Below, piece by piece: positions 63,166 through 64,000 of a stretch of 64,000 nucleotides of DNA. The stretch is from Lingula anatina (Eukaryota > Animalia > Brachiopoda): assembly GCA_051362555.1 (NCBI GenBank), contig CM120642.1, forward strand, positions 30,876,001 to 30,940,000, written 5' to 3'. The notes under the pieces are model-generated. The model did no database searches. It had not been told where the DNA came from and saw nothing but the letters and a program-made list of their open reading frames with translations. A program made the translations under genes and the position numbers. Numbering within the stretch: position 1 is the first letter of the stretch; each line of letters begins with the position of its first letter.

Positions 63166-64000
63166 CTGGAATGAAGGAGATGTCAGTTTTATCATTCTTA
63201 ATTATTTAATAGTTTATATTAAAAACTCTTCGACAAACATTCTTAAATATTCTAAGATTTTAGACAGCACGTTTTTCACATTTCACCTTAAAAAATCAAA
63301 ACAGCCTCGGTATCAATTTCTAACAGAAAGACGCACGACCAGCATTTTAACAAATCTTTGATATTTGTAATAAATAATAATAATAATAATAATAATAATA
63401 TGAAATTACACACAAATAATTATGATCATTGTTCAAATCAACGGAATGGAAATTTTTACAGAGGAAAATTTAAGAAGTATAATAGACTGAGTGTGGACTT
63501 TTTAGTAGCCTTCATTTATGGAAGGGTACGAATAAAATAAGAAAATAACAAAGTTACTATCAACGTAGACGTACATGTAATATTAACATTTAAAAATCTT
63601 CTTATCTAATTTGGCAGCACGAGAAAATATGAAATATCATCATTATTGCACAAAAAAAATCAAAAACGACTTTTTTCGTTGACACATTCTTAAACTTAAA
63701 TTTTAAAAGACCTTATGCGCCTATATGGCCTCAGTTTGCAAAACGTTAAAAGAATATAAAATCTACAACCTGCAGATCCGCTTGGCTGCGCCACAGGTAG
63801 AAAGAAAATATCGTTTATTTGATTACCATAAATGATGTTAGATATCTCGAAGGTTTATACTTGAGTAGAGCTCGGAAAGTGAGCTATGGTCACAAATTTA
63901 ATTCAGACTGCTGAGAGAGACACTCTCTTTCTCTCTACAAAGGGCGCTTTGCATTCTTGTGTTAAATATGCATTATGCTAAGTGCGAAAGTACTTTACTT

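Noticed and set aside
63770-63860. Possible first exon of the long vWA gene
   Set aside because: Donor-like CAG|GTTGTA is present but there is no in-frame ATG or signal peptide; the start is probably outside the window.

Overview
AT-rich, intron-containing animal DNA, probably a marine invertebrate (mollusc-like; the taxon is inferred, not shown). From left to right: (1) The 5' end of a minus-strand TGF-beta type III receptor (betaglycan/TGFBR3-like) gene. Its ~15 kb intron carries a complete, apparently very young, sense-oriented Ngaro-type tyrosine-recombinase (YR) retrotransposon (6514-14247). The element has split direct repeats A1...B1-A2-B2 and ORFs in the order SGNH hydrolase, gag, RT/RNase H, YR. 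(2) An 8-exon plus-strand gene for an atypical long ubiquitin-conjugating (UBC-domain) protein, with a 108-bp copy of its own exon 2 pasted downstream of the stop. (3) A 5.2-kb P-like TIR element, a 2-kb hAT-like derivative and several MITE families. (4) A plus-strand GT7 beta-1,4-GalNAc-transferase (bre-4-like). (5) Two tandem minus-strand vWA-domain type I membrane protein genes sharing a PPxY-containing tail; one also has mucin repeats and an IgGFc-binding-like region. The best candidate for a new system is the retrotransposon. It carries an intact SGNH esterase 5' of gag. It also has a set of consensus spliceosomal sites: a donor in the terminal repeat, acceptors just before the SGNH and gag ATGs and at the start of the ATG-less YR frame, and phase-compatible donors predicting SGNH-YR or Gag-YR fusions. 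All coordinates and alignments were read by eye; no database searches were run.
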